A stretch of DNA of 50,558 nucleotides from Bacteroidales bacterium. Its GTDB lineage: Bacteria; Bacteroidota; Bacteroidia; Bacteroidales; UBA7960. The stretch is from positions 1 through 50,558 of the forward strand of contig PWRF01000223.1 in assembly GCA_003556325.1 (NCBI GenBank), in the 5' to 3' direction. Each line of letters opens with the position of its first letter. Position 1 is the first letter of the stretch. Of this stretch, positions 36,763 to 45,495 are shown piece after piece. The notes under the pieces are model-generated. The model saw nothing but the letters and a program-made list of their open reading frames with translations, was not told the origin of the DNA and did not search any database. The position numbers were made by a program, and so were the translations under genes.

Positions 36763-36799
36763 ATGCTTCTAAACCAGGTCAGATTGTAAGGCGTCGAAA

Positions 36800-36919
36800 G
36801 CCAATAGCAAATAGCCAAAAGCCTGCTTAGTATGAACACCCCCGTGACAATAATCACCCCCCTGTGTGTCAAAAATCCTGTCATGGGCGTTTGGCTTCGC
36901 CGAGCTCGCAAGTGCCCGG
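36800..36919 (+). repeat. Repeat element copy 1: heptamer array + AGCCTGCTTAGT + GTGACAATAATCA + TGTCA box + GCTCGCAAGTG
   Basis: Read directly. Positions 36800-36889 are the inverted counterpart of 39588-39673. Confidence 0.8.
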
Positions 36920-36924
36920 TCCTT

Positions 36925-37034
36925 CTATTTGTACTCCAGCGGCTCGACCTCGCCGTTTAGTACCATGAGGCCGTTCATTGCCAGGGCGTGCATTTCATCT
37001 TCTCCGGGGTAGACATAGACGGGGCCAATGTGGC
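36925..37034 (-). pseudogene. Duplicated 3'-terminal 110 bp of buk (gene fragment)
   Basis: 36925-37034 aligns with 37062-37171 (the true buk 3' end including the stop). There are 5 mismatches by eye, and the copies are separated by 27 bp. Confidence 0.8.
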
Positions 37035-37061
37035 AATACAGCAGGCAACCCATCTTTTCAT

Positions 37062-38138
37062 CTATTTGTACTCCAGCGGCTCGACCTCGCCGTTTAGTAC
37101 CATGAGCCCGTTCATTGCCAGGGCGCGCATTTCATCTTCTCCGGGATAGACATATACGGGGCCAATGTGGCGAACCCGTTTTGATACAGCCTCAACGAAA
37201 GGTTTTCCGTATGCAATACCGCCGGTGAGCAGGATAGCATCCACTTCGCCTTCCAGTACTGCCGACATGGCGCCGATCTCTTTGGCTACCTGGTAAGCCA
37301 TGGCATCCTGTATAAGAATGGCTTTCTCGTCGCCGGCCTTGGCCCTCTTTTCAACCTCATAGGCGTCGTTGGTGCCCAGGTAGGCGACCAGCCCACCCTG
37401 CCCTGTGATCATCTTCCGGATCTCTTCCTCGCTGTATTTCCCGCTGAAACACATTGTCACGAGTGCGCCCGCCGGAAGGGTTCCGCTGCGCTCAGGGGAA
37501 AAGGGCCCTTCGCCATCAAGCGCCTGGTTGACGTCGATCACACGGCCCCGGTAATGCGCGCCCACACTGATACCTCCGCCGAGATGAGCCACGATCAGAT
37601 TTAACGCCTCATACTTGTTGGAGACCGACTTCGCATGTTGCCGCGCAATAGCTTTCTGGTTCAGCGCATGGAAGATCGAGATGCGCTCAAACTCAGGATG
37701 CCCGGAGATCCGGGCGATGTCGTCGAGCTCATCTACAACAACCGGGTCGGCAATATAAGCACGGGCCCCGGGAACAGAACGGGCAATATCGTGGGCGATC
37801 AACCCCCCCAGGTTGCTGGCATGCTGCCCCAGGACACCCACCTTTAAGTCTTCCGTCATGGGCTCGTTAACCTCATAAACGCCCGAAGGAATAGGCCTTA
37901 TCAAACCGCCGCGGCCAACGATCACCTTGATGGTGCTGACCTCAAAAGAGGCACTCTCCAACTCGTCCAGGATAATCTGCTTGCGAAACGCATACTGGTC
38001 CGTGATCTTTTCGAAACCGGCAAGGTTTTCGGTTGAATGTTTGATGTTCTTCAGAAAAACCTCTTTGGTGTTGTCAAACACCGCGATTTTTGTAGACGTG
38101 GACCCAGGGTTAATGGCCAGGATCAAATTTTCTTCCAT
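37062..38138 (-). CDS. buk: Butyrate kinase
   Basis: 358 aa with the N-terminal ILAINPGSTSTKIAVF. The fold is ASKHA-type, and the gene is paired with ptb. Confidence 0.95.
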   Translation of the reverse strand: MEENLILAINPGSTSTKIAVFDNTKEVFLKNIKHSTENLAGFEKITDQYAFRKQIILDELESASFEVSTIKVIVGRGGLIRPIPSGVYEVNEPMTEDLKVGVLGQHASNLGGLIAHDIARSVPGARAYIADPVVVDELDDIARISGHPEFERISIFHALNQKAIARQHAKSVSNKYEALNLIVAHLGGGISVGAHYRGRVIDVNQALDGEGPFSPERSGTLPAGALVTMCFSGKYSEEEIRKMITGQGGLVAYLGTNDAYEVEKRAKAGDEKAILIQDAMAYQVAKEIGAMSAVLEGEVDAILLTGGIAYGKPFVEAVSKRVRHIGPVYVYPGEDEMRALAMNGLMVLNGEVEPLEYK

Positions 38139-38214
38139 CTGTTTGTGTTTTATATGTTTGCTTCATGTGTTTGTAATTTTTCAACTAGCTGGTTATCTGG
38201 TGTTTATTTTTTCA

Positions 38215-38275
38215 ACAGAACTCCCCCGTGACAATAATCATCCTCCTGTGTGTCAGAAATCCTGTCATGGGCGTT
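38215..38275 (+). repeat. Repeat element copy 2 (GTGACAATAATCA + TGTCA box only) in the ptb-buk spacer
   Basis: The sequence cagaactcccccgtgacaataatcatcctcctgtgtgtcagaaatcctgtcatgggcg aligns with 36836-36889. Confidence 0.8.
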
Positions 38276-38564
38276 TTATCTGTTGATAAATTGTTTGGTG
38301 CGATTCTCAATAATGACGTATCTACACTACGATGATGCTCCGGGCCACCCTAAACCACAGCGCAAACGAAATCTCTTTTTCAGTTTGCGGTTTTACAGCT
38401 GCCGGGTTTGTTGTGTTTCGGCAAAAAGCCTGAGACACTAACAGTTTATATGTTTGTGTTTTGTTAATGCTTACTTCTTGACCGTACTCCCAATCCTTGC
38501 CACCCCGCTCTCAATACCCTCAACGGCAGAAAAGACCCCCCACAGTTGTTTGCTGGCCGGCCTT

Positions 38565-39461
38565 TTAGCCTACGGCAGCTGCCAGTGCAATGCTGTTAAG
38601 CTTCGTTTCGTCGGTGTCGGCACGGGATGTCAAAACGATAGGAGCAGCGGCCCCCAGGATTACGGCAGCACACTTTGCCCGGGCGAAGTAAATAAAGTCC
38701 TTGTAAAGCCCGTTTGCCGCGTCAATGTCGTCTGGTACCAGAATATCTGCATCACCGGCTACAGGGCTGTTTATACCTTTCAGATCGGCGCTTTTTTTGC
38801 TGACCGCATTGTCAAAGGCAAGCGGCCCGTCGATAATGCAGTTTTTAATCTGTCCACGATCCCCCATTTTGGCAATGGCGCTGGCCTCCATGCTCGACTT
38901 CATGGCAGGGTTTACTGTTTCCACTGCACTGAGCATGGCCACCTTGGGCTTTTCAATGCCCAGCTGCTGAAAATACACTACCGCATTGCGGGTTATGCTT
39001 ACTTTTTCCATGAGCTCCGGTGAAATATTCATGGCAGCATCCGTTAACCCAATCAGTTTGTGGTAGGAGGGAAGTTCAAAAATGGCCAGGTGAGAGATCT
39101 GCTCGCCCGTACGAAGCCCAAACTCCTTGTTTAGCACCGCCTTTAGCAACACAGCCGTTCCCAGGTTACCCTTCATAAGGACCTCTGCATCCTTTTCCCT
39201 GACCATTTTCACTGCCCTGGCAGCAGCTTTGGCATTGTCAGGCTCGTTGATCACCAGAAAAGGCTTTAGGTCATAGGCCTGTTTGTCGGCAATCTCCCGG
39301 ATCCTGGCTTCGTCTCCAATAAAAATGGGGTCCACCAGGCTGTTGTCCCGGGCGCTCATTACGGCCCCCATGGCATGCGCATCATGCGCGGCAGCCAATA
39401 CCAAACGCCGGCGACTGTGACCCCTGGCCATGTCGTGTAGTTGTGATAGCTTCGTTAACAT
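38565..39461 (-). CDS. ptb: Phosphate butyryltransferase
   Basis: PTA_PTB family, about 298 aa from the ATG at 39461 (MLTKLSQLHDMARG...). The 49 codons further upstream in the track ORF run into the repeat element and look non-coding. Confidence 0.9.
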   Translation of the reverse strand: MLTKLSQLHDMARGHSRRRLVLAAAHDAHAMGAVMSARDNSLVDPIFIGDEARIREIADKQAYDLKPFLVINEPDNAKAAARAVKMVREKDAEVLMKGNLGTAVLLKAVLNKEFGLRTGEQISHLAIFELPSYHKLIGLTDAAMNISPELMEKVSITRNAVVYFQQLGIEKPKVAMLSAVETVNPAMKSSMEASAIAKMGDRGQIKNCIIDGPLAFDNAVSKKSADLKGINSPVAGDADILVPDDIDAANGLYKDFIYFARAKCAAVILGAAAPIVLTSRADTDETKLNSIALAAAVG

Positions 39462-39587
39462 ATGTTTTGGGATTAATTGATTGCGTTTCGTCCTCAAAAG
39501 TAAAAAAAAGATATGAAACGCCGTTGCAGGATTTTGGCAGAAAGCTTCGATGCCGGAAGGAGCAGCCGCCCCCTTCCCCCTGAAAGG

Positions 39588-39673
39588 CCCATGACAGGTT
39601 TTTGACAAGGGGGATGATTATTGTCACGGGGGGTGTGTTCAGACTAAGCAGGCTATTAACTATTGGCTATTGA
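39588..39673 (-). repeat. Repeat element copy 3, the inverted copy of 36800-36889
   Basis: Its reverse complement is gtcaatagccaatagttaatagcctgcttagtctgaacacaccccccgtgacaataatcatcccccttgtcaaaaacctgtcatggg. Confidence 0.8.
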
Positions 39674-39861
39674 CCAGCAGGACTAATTGTTGGAAGTTTG
39701 GAGCTGACAGGCCCTGGAAAGCAAAAAGCAGGAATAATAAGGCAACGGAGGCGCGTTGACGAAGCTCCGGGTGCGAAACGATTGGGGAGCAAGGCGATTC
39801 GGGATTAAGGCTGAGCGTTCGTGGGGCATTGAGCTGCAAGCGCCTGCGGGGCAAAACCATA

Positions 39862-40938
39862 TCAGAAAAGATGCCTGAACGGCACGAGTACCCACTCGAA
39901 AAACTTCTGAATGGTAGGGCGCTGCTTCCAGCTTTGGTAGTGGAAAGTCTCAGACTCCTTGCGTGTCTCGTTGAAATGATTGATCATCTGGCGCACCAGG
40001 CTTTTATGGCTCCCGGCAAGGCAAATCTCGTGCATATACCGGAAACTCCGGTAGTCGAAGTTCGATGACCCGACAATAAAATATTTTCTGTCGGCCAGAA
40101 ACATCTTGGAATGAAGGTTCTGGGGAAGGAAGAAGTAAATGTTGACCCCGTGCTCTGCCAGCTCGCCAAAATATTTCGAAGACAAGACATCCATGATGCC
40201 CACGTCAGACTTTTTGGGAATGTGCACGTGTACCTTTACGCCGCGGTCAGCTGCATCTGTAAGGGCTTTGCGAAGATTGCTTCCCGGCAGGAAATAAGGC
40301 GTTTCAATAACAATCTCCTTTTGGGCTGCCTGGATGAGCTCAAGATGCTTCTTCTTTACAGGCTGAAAAGCCAGGGAGGGCACATCCCGGATGATCTCCA
40401 TCCCGTCAAAGGAAATCGTCCTGGTATAGGATAATTTATCGTAAAAGTACTTGTTATAGATCTTGAAGTTCTCTTCGATAACGCGCTTAAACTTTTTTGC
40501 AATACCGCCCCTGATGCGGAACATGGATTCGCGCCAGTTCAGGGCGTAGCTCACGATATTGGCCGAGCCGATCCAGGTGATCTCATCGTCGATCACCAGG
40601 ATCTTGCGGTGATCCCTCCGGTGGTTCTTGGTGAAGGTGTCCAGGTTAAACCGGATCTTCTTGAAAAACTTAAGTTCAGCACCCTCATCAACCAACTCCT
40701 GGAAAAAAGAATAGCTCGAAGAGGCCCCCCAGGAGTCAATAAGAAGTTTGATCTTTACCCCTTCGCGGCATTTTTTCAACAGGTAGTCGCGAAACCTGAC
40801 CCCCATAGGGTCATTGCGAAAACGATAGATTTCAAGAAAAATATACCGCGACGCCTTTTTAATATCGTTCAGCATCGCGGTATAATAAGAAAGTGAGTCT
40901 GAGAGTAAACGTATTTGCAGGTCCTGGCTGGCTTCCAT
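39862..40938 (-). CDS. Phospholipase D / cardiolipin-synthase-like protein (two HKD motifs)
   Basis: The HKD motifs are HRKILVIDDEITWIGSANI and HSKMFLADRKYFIVGSSNFD. No N-terminal TM segment is present. Confidence 0.85.
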   Translation of the reverse strand: MEASQDLQIRLLSDSLSYYTAMLNDIKKASRYIFLEIYRFRNDPMGVRFRDYLLKKCREGVKIKLLIDSWGASSSYSFFQELVDEGAELKFFKKIRFNLDTFTKNHRRDHRKILVIDDEITWIGSANIVSYALNWRESMFRIRGGIAKKFKRVIEENFKIYNKYFYDKLSYTRTISFDGMEIIRDVPSLAFQPVKKKHLELIQAAQKEIVIETPYFLPGSNLRKALTDAADRGVKVHVHIPKKSDVGIMDVLSSKYFGELAEHGVNIYFFLPQNLHSKMFLADRKYFIVGSSNFDYRSFRYMHEICLAGSHKSLVRQMINHFNETRKESETFHYQSWKQRPTIQKFFEWVLVPFRHLF

Positions 40939-41028
40939 AGCTTCTCTGGTATTACCGGGCTAAGGCCCGAAACATAACCAAAGATATAAAATTGTAGAAT
41001 AATGTGCTAACGGATCGCCACCTAATGC

Positions 41029-41436
41029 TTACGAAACCTTGATCTGCTTGCTCAGCCTTGCCTTGTCGATCTTGGGAACCGTAATGTACAGTATCCCGTT
41101 GTCATACCTGGCTTTGATGTTCTCAGCATCAGCCGTTTTTGGGATAGAGAACGAACGGGTAAACGCATCCATGTCGAACTCCCTGCGCAGGAATTCACCC
41201 TCCTGCTTTTCATCTTCTTTCTTTTCAAATGTGACGGTAAGAATGTTCTCTTCCATCTCCATGTTGAAATCCTCTTTTTTCATCCCCGGCACCGCCAGCT
41301 GGATCTCAAAGGCTTTTTCGCTTTCCAGGATGTTGGTTGCAGGTACGCAGCCACAGTTCCTTTCAAACCCGGTTTCAAAATCTCTGTCAAACATCTGGTC
41401 CATCATCGGACGCTTATGCCATCTGATAATTGTCAT
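41029..41436 (-). CDS. Hsp20 / alpha-crystallin family small heat-shock protein
   Basis: 135 aa with the alpha-crystallin core AFEIQLAVPGMKKEDFNMEMEENILTV...GILYITVPK. An AGGAGG lies 8 nt upstream of the ATG, which is unusual in this window. Confidence 0.9.
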   Translation of the reverse strand: MTIIRWHKRPMMDQMFDRDFETGFERNCGCVPATNILESEKAFEIQLAVPGMKKEDFNMEMEENILTVTFEKKEDEKQEGEFLRREFDMDAFTRSFSIPKTADAENIKARYDNGILYITVPKIDKARLSKQIKVS

Positions 41437-41516
41437 GATTGTTTCCTCCTGTTTTGGTGATACAAGTAATTTTTTCCTTCCTGATCACAAAAGCCGTTCC
41501 TTTGCGTACCGTGGGC

Positions 41517-41613
41517 AAAAAACAGCCATTTTGGCGCAGAAAAGTTGCCAAAACAAGGGTATTATGCAAATAACCGGTCAAAATGGCTGTTTTTTCGCGG
41601 GTTTGTTTTTTTT
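41517..41613 (+). promoter_or_regulatory. Attenuator-like stem-loop plus T-tract in the glnA upstream region
   Basis: A perfect 16-nt inverted repeat pairs AAAAAACAGCCATTTT (41517-41532) with AAAATGGCTGTTTTTT (41580-41595) across a 47-nt spacer. It is followed by CGCGGGTTTGTTTTTTTT. A competing pairing, TTTTGGC (41529-41535) with GCCAAAA, overlaps the left arm. The element ends 60 nt before the glnA ATG. Confidence 0.35.
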
Positions 41614-41672
41614 CCTTATGTTTGGCGGAAATTTCAAAAAATCGAATATTAACACCATAAAACAGTTGTATC

Positions 41673-43178
41673 ATGGAAGAAAATCAATATTTGCTTAATC
41701 CCAATCCACTGGTTCGTTTCTTACACAAATCACCCGCCGAGTTTACCAAAGAGGACATCATGCGTTTTGTCCAGGAGAACGAGATCGAGGTGTTGAACTT
41801 TCGTTATGTGGGGGGCGACGGGCGGCTGAAGGCCCTTAATTTCCCTATTCAGAGCAGGGAGCATCTCGACACCGTCCTGTCTACCGGCGAGCGTGTTGAC
41901 GGCAGCAGTCTGTTCACCTTTCTGGAGGCCGGCTCTTCCGACCTCTATGTAATACCCCGGTTCCGCACCGCTTTCATGAATCCGTTTTCTGAGATCCCGA
42001 CACTTGATATCCTGTGCTCCTATTACGACAAAGACGGCAAGCCGATGGAAAGTGCGCCTGAAAACATCATGCGCAAGGCTTACCGTGAGATGGTTGAAAA
42101 GACAGGTTACGGCATGGAGGTGATGGGCGAGATCGAGTATTATGTGATCAGCGAGAAAGACCCCCTGTACCGCGCCACCGACCAGCGGGCCTATCATGAG
42201 TCAGAGCCTTTCGTGAAGTGGGAGCAGCTGAGGCTGGATGCGATGATGGCCATGGCACAGACCGGTGCCCAGATCAAGTATTCGCATTCGGAGGTGGGCA
42301 ATTTTTCTGATGACGAATTTGATTATGAGCAGAATGAAATTGAGTTTCTTCCTACGGACGTGGAGTCGGCTGCCGACCAGCTAATCATTGCCAAATGGAT
42401 CCTTCGTCAGGTTGCTTACCAGTATGGTGTAACGATGAGCCTGGCACCGAAGATCACTGCTGGCAAGGCCGGAAGCGGCATGCATATCCACATGCGTATC
42501 ATGAAAGACGGGGAGAATGTAACGCTTCAGGACGGCCGCATCAGCGATCCTGCGCGAAAGGCTATTGCAGGGATCCTGGACCTGGCCCCCTCCCTGTCTG
42601 CCTTTGGCAACACCATACCTACCAGCTATTTTCGCCTTGTTCCCCACCAGGAGGCTCCCACCAACGTCTGCTGGGGCGAACGCAACCGTTCCACACTCAT
42701 CCGTGTCCCCCTGGGCTGGGTAGGCTCGGGCGATATGGTTGCCAGGGAGAACCCCAACGAGTGCCCGCAGGATAAAGATCAGCGCGACAAACAGACCTTC
42801 GAGTTTCGCTGCCCCGACGGATCGGCAGACATATACCTGCTGATCGCCGGCCTGCTGGTGGGTGCCCGCCACGGGCTGGAGATGCCCAACGCCCTGGAGA
42901 TTGCTGAAAAAACCTATGTGGATGTCAACATCTTTGACGAAAAACACAAAGCACGCCAGGAGCAGCTTGCACAGCTTCCCTACTCATGCAAAAAGGCGGC
43001 TTCTTATCTTAAAGAGCAGGCCGAAGCATATAAGAAATACAACGTGTTTCCCGACACGCTCTTAGAAGGTGTGATCAGCACGCTGGAATCCTACAACGAT
43101 GAAAACCTGCGTGAAAAACTAAGCGGAAATACCGAAGAGACCATGAAGCTGGTCAGGCGTTTCTTGCATTGCGGATAG
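41673..43178 (+). CDS. glnA: Glutamine synthetase (about 500-aa GlnA family form)
   Basis: 501 aa with an N-terminal beta-grasp region (VLNFRYVGGDGRLK). It carries KYSHSEVG and GSGMHIHM motifs. Confidence 0.88.
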   Translation: MEENQYLLNPNPLVRFLHKSPAEFTKEDIMRFVQENEIEVLNFRYVGGDGRLKALNFPIQSREHLDTVLSTGERVDGSSLFTFLEAGSSDLYVIPRFRTAFMNPFSEIPTLDILCSYYDKDGKPMESAPENIMRKAYREMVEKTGYGMEVMGEIEYYVISEKDPLYRATDQRAYHESEPFVKWEQLRLDAMMAMAQTGAQIKYSHSEVGNFSDDEFDYEQNEIEFLPTDVESAADQLIIAKWILRQVAYQYGVTMSLAPKITAGKAGSGMHIHMRIMKDGENVTLQDGRISDPARKAIAGILDLAPSLSAFGNTIPTSYFRLVPHQEAPTNVCWGERNRSTLIRVPLGWVGSGDMVARENPNECPQDKDQRDKQTFEFRCPDGSADIYLLIAGLLVGARHGLEMPNALEIAEKTYVDVNIFDEKHKARQEQLAQLPYSCKKAASYLKEQAEAYKKYNVFPDTLLEGVISTLESYNDENLREKLSGNTEETMKLVRRFLHCG

Positions 43179-44013
43179 CCTCTACCAGGGAGCCGGCCAG
43201 CCGGCTGGCTCCAATTCGGAACCACTTGCTGTTCAACCGCCTGGAGCCCAGCACCTCGCGCGTGAGACGATAATAGGAAAGAGCCGTGCTGGGGTCGGAA
43301 ATGCCCCCGGCCGGCTTGATACCGGTCATCTGGCCGGTTTTTTTATGGTGATCGCGAATGGCCTCCAGCATAACCAGCATTGCTTCCGGCGTGGCAGCCG
43401 GCTTCACCTTGCCGGTCGACGTCTTCAGAAAATGACAACCCGCCTCCAGGGCGATCTCGCTGGCGCGCCGGACGTTCGTGGCGGTCTTTAGCTCGCCGGT
43501 TTCCAGGATGACCTTAAGGTGAGCATCCTTGCAGGCCTCACGAATGGCGGCGATCTCATCGTAAACCTCATTGTACTCGCCCTCCAGGAACTTGCCGCGC
43601 GAAATAACCATGTCGATCTCTTCTGCACCCTCGTCCACGGCATAACGCACCTCTGCCATCTTCACGAAAAGCGGCGACTGGCCCGAAGGAAAAGCACCGG
43701 CTACTGAAGCAACCCGGATGCCGCTTCCCTGGAGCAACTTACGTGCCTGGGCCACAAAGGGCGGATATACACAAACCGCTGCAACATTGGGCAAGCCGTC
43801 GGGCAAGGCCGAATAGGAAGCAGCCTGGCTGCACAACTCCCCCACCCGCTTTTTGGTATCCGTACCCTCCAAGGTGGTAAGGTCTATAAAACCAAGTAAG
43901 TCAGCATAAACTTTCGCCAGGTCAGACTCTTTACGAGCATCCTGCAATAGTTTCTCCGTGCGCTGCCTGACCTCGTCGTCAGAAACCGCGGGGGTCTTTG
44001 TAAAATCCGTCAT
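43153..44013 (-). CDS. deoC: Deoxyribose-phosphate aldolase (long form)
   Basis: The Schiff-base region FLKTSTGK is present. I chose the ATG at 44013 (MTDFTKTPAVSDDE); the longer track ORF extends into AT-rich non-coding sequence. The 3' end overlaps the glnA 3' end by 26 bp (convergent genes). Confidence 0.88.
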   Translation of the reverse strand: MTDFTKTPAVSDDEVRQRTEKLLQDARKESDLAKVYADLLGFIDLTTLEGTDTKKRVGELCSQAASYSALPDGLPNVAAVCVYPPFVAQARKLLQGSGIRVASVAGAFPSGQSPLFVKMAEVRYAVDEGAEEIDMVISRGKFLEGEYNEVYDEIAAIREACKDAHLKVILETGELKTATNVRRASEIALEAGCHFLKTSTGKVKPAATPEAMLVMLEAIRDHHKKTGQMTGIKPAGGISDPSTALSYYRLTREVLGSRRLNSKWFRIGASRLAGSLVEAIRNARNA

Positions 44014-44277
44014 AAAGCTTACAGTTTTAGAAAAAACGCTTTTGGAAACGTAAAGGTAATATATTTTTACAAAGAATACAGCCCCCCGCCATATGCTCTG
44101 TTCAAAAACAAAAAATCGCGGATTTTTCGTTTTATTTGTAAAGCTTATTATTTTTGTTCTATTATAGGCCAGAACTTCACCGGCTGATCGTTCGCTTACC
44201 AAACATTATTGCTGCCTTTCGCGAAACGCCGGTTCTTTTTGCCTGAACAGGAAAAAAACGTCAACAAAAGCAACAAC

Positions 44278-45435
44278 ATGATCCTTTTTACCGGATGCGA
44301 AGTATATTCGCCGGCATACCTGGGGCCAGCAGACGTATTGGTAGCAGGAAGCCAGGTGGTGGCCGTACAAAAGAAGATATCCCTCCCGGCAGGCCTGGAG
44401 GCGGAGGTTATTAACGGCCGGGGCCTGAAGCTGCTCCCCGGCCTTATCGACTCCCATGTGCATATCGCTGGGGCGGGCGGAGAAGGCGGCCCCGCCAGCA
44501 GAACGCCGGAGATGCCACTGAGCCGCATGCTCGAAGCAGGAGTGACCACCGTGGTGGGATGCCTGGGAACAGACGGCCTGACCCGCGACCTGCGGGCGGT
44601 GCTTATGAAAGCCAAAGGGCTGCGCGAAGAAGGTGTAAGCGCCTATATGTACACGGGAGCCTACCAGGTGCCTCCCCCCACCATCCTCGGCGACGTGGGA
44701 AAAGATATCAGCATGATAGAAGAGGTGATAGGCACCGGGGAGATCGCCTTGTCAGACCACAGATCCTCCACCCCCACAATCTCAGAACTTATCCGGCTCG
44801 CAGCCCATTCACGTGTGGGCGCCATGCTCGGAGGCAAGTCCGGGATTGTCAACATCCATATGGGCGACGCAGAAAACCCATTTCAACCGCTTTATGATGC
44901 CGTAAACCTGAGCGAACTCAAGCTGACCCAGTTCCTTCCCACACACTGCAACCGGAACGACTATATCTTTGAAGATGCCAAAACCTACGGGAAACACGGC
45001 TATGTAGATTTTACCACCAGCTCGTACCCCATCTTCCCCGACGAGGAGATAAAGCCCTCGAAGGGCATTGTGGACCTGCTAAAGGCAGATGTTCCCCTGG
45101 CACACATTACCATGAGCAGCGACGGCTCCGGCTCTCTCCCCCAGTTCGATGAAAAGGGAGAACTGGTAAGGCTGGAGTCCGGAGGGCTGAAATCGATGAT
45201 GGACGAACTTCGCGACTGCGTGCTGGAAGAAGGGTTAAAGCTTGAAGAAGCCGTGCAAACGGTCACCTCCAACGTGGCTGCTATCCTCAAACTGCGCAGG
45301 AAAGGCCAAGTGGCACCGGGCAAGGATGCCGACCTCGTGCTTGTCGGCAAAGACTTTCAGATTGTCCATCTCTGTGCCATGGGCAGGATGATGGTAAAAG
45401 ACGGGGTGATGTTGCGGAAGGGAACGTATGAGTAG
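44278..45435 (+). CDS. iadA: Isoaspartyl dipeptidase (beta-aspartyl peptidase)
   Basis: GLIDSHVHIAGAGGEGGPASRTPE is typical of IadA amidohydrolases. I chose the ATG at 44278 (MILFTGCEVYSP). Confidence 0.85.
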   Translation: MILFTGCEVYSPAYLGPADVLVAGSQVVAVQKKISLPAGLEAEVINGRGLKLLPGLIDSHVHIAGAGGEGGPASRTPEMPLSRMLEAGVTTVVGCLGTDGLTRDLRAVLMKAKGLREEGVSAYMYTGAYQVPPPTILGDVGKDISMIEEVIGTGEIALSDHRSSTPTISELIRLAAHSRVGAMLGGKSGIVNIHMGDAENPFQPLYDAVNLSELKLTQFLPTHCNRNDYIFEDAKTYGKHGYVDFTTSSYPIFPDEEIKPSKGIVDLLKADVPLAHITMSSDGSGSLPQFDEKGELVRLESGGLKSMMDELRDCVLEEGLKLEEAVQTVTSNVAAILKLRRKGQVAPGKDADLVLVGKDFQIVHLCAMGRMMVKDGVMLRKGTYE

Positions 45436-45495
45436 ATTTGCGGCCGGGAACTTAGATCATTTACCAAACCATTATAAAACTAAAACCACAACACC

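Noticed and set aside
36534-36911. 125-aa minus-strand ORF spanning the sensor kinase 3' end and repeat copy 1
   Set aside because: It is antisense to the kinase HATPase domain and continues through a repeat element. It has no motifs.
39462-39608. N-terminal extensions of the longest ORFs for ptb (to 39608), deoC (to 44202), iadA (from 44209), rnr (to 24670), rpiB (to 20690), add (to 15570) and the CapD-like gene (from 7357)
   Set aside because: The extensions start at TTG or run through repeat or AT-rich non-coding sequence. They also add residues absent from the conserved N-termini of these families, and internal ATGs give canonical protein starts.
41531-41547. Sigma-54 promoter (TGGCGC...TTGC) in the glnA upstream region
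   Set aside because: The GG and GC elements are spaced 14 nt apart instead of the canonical 12, and the -24 element is TGGCGC rather than TGGCAC. It fits better as part of the internal TTGGC/GCCAA hairpin.
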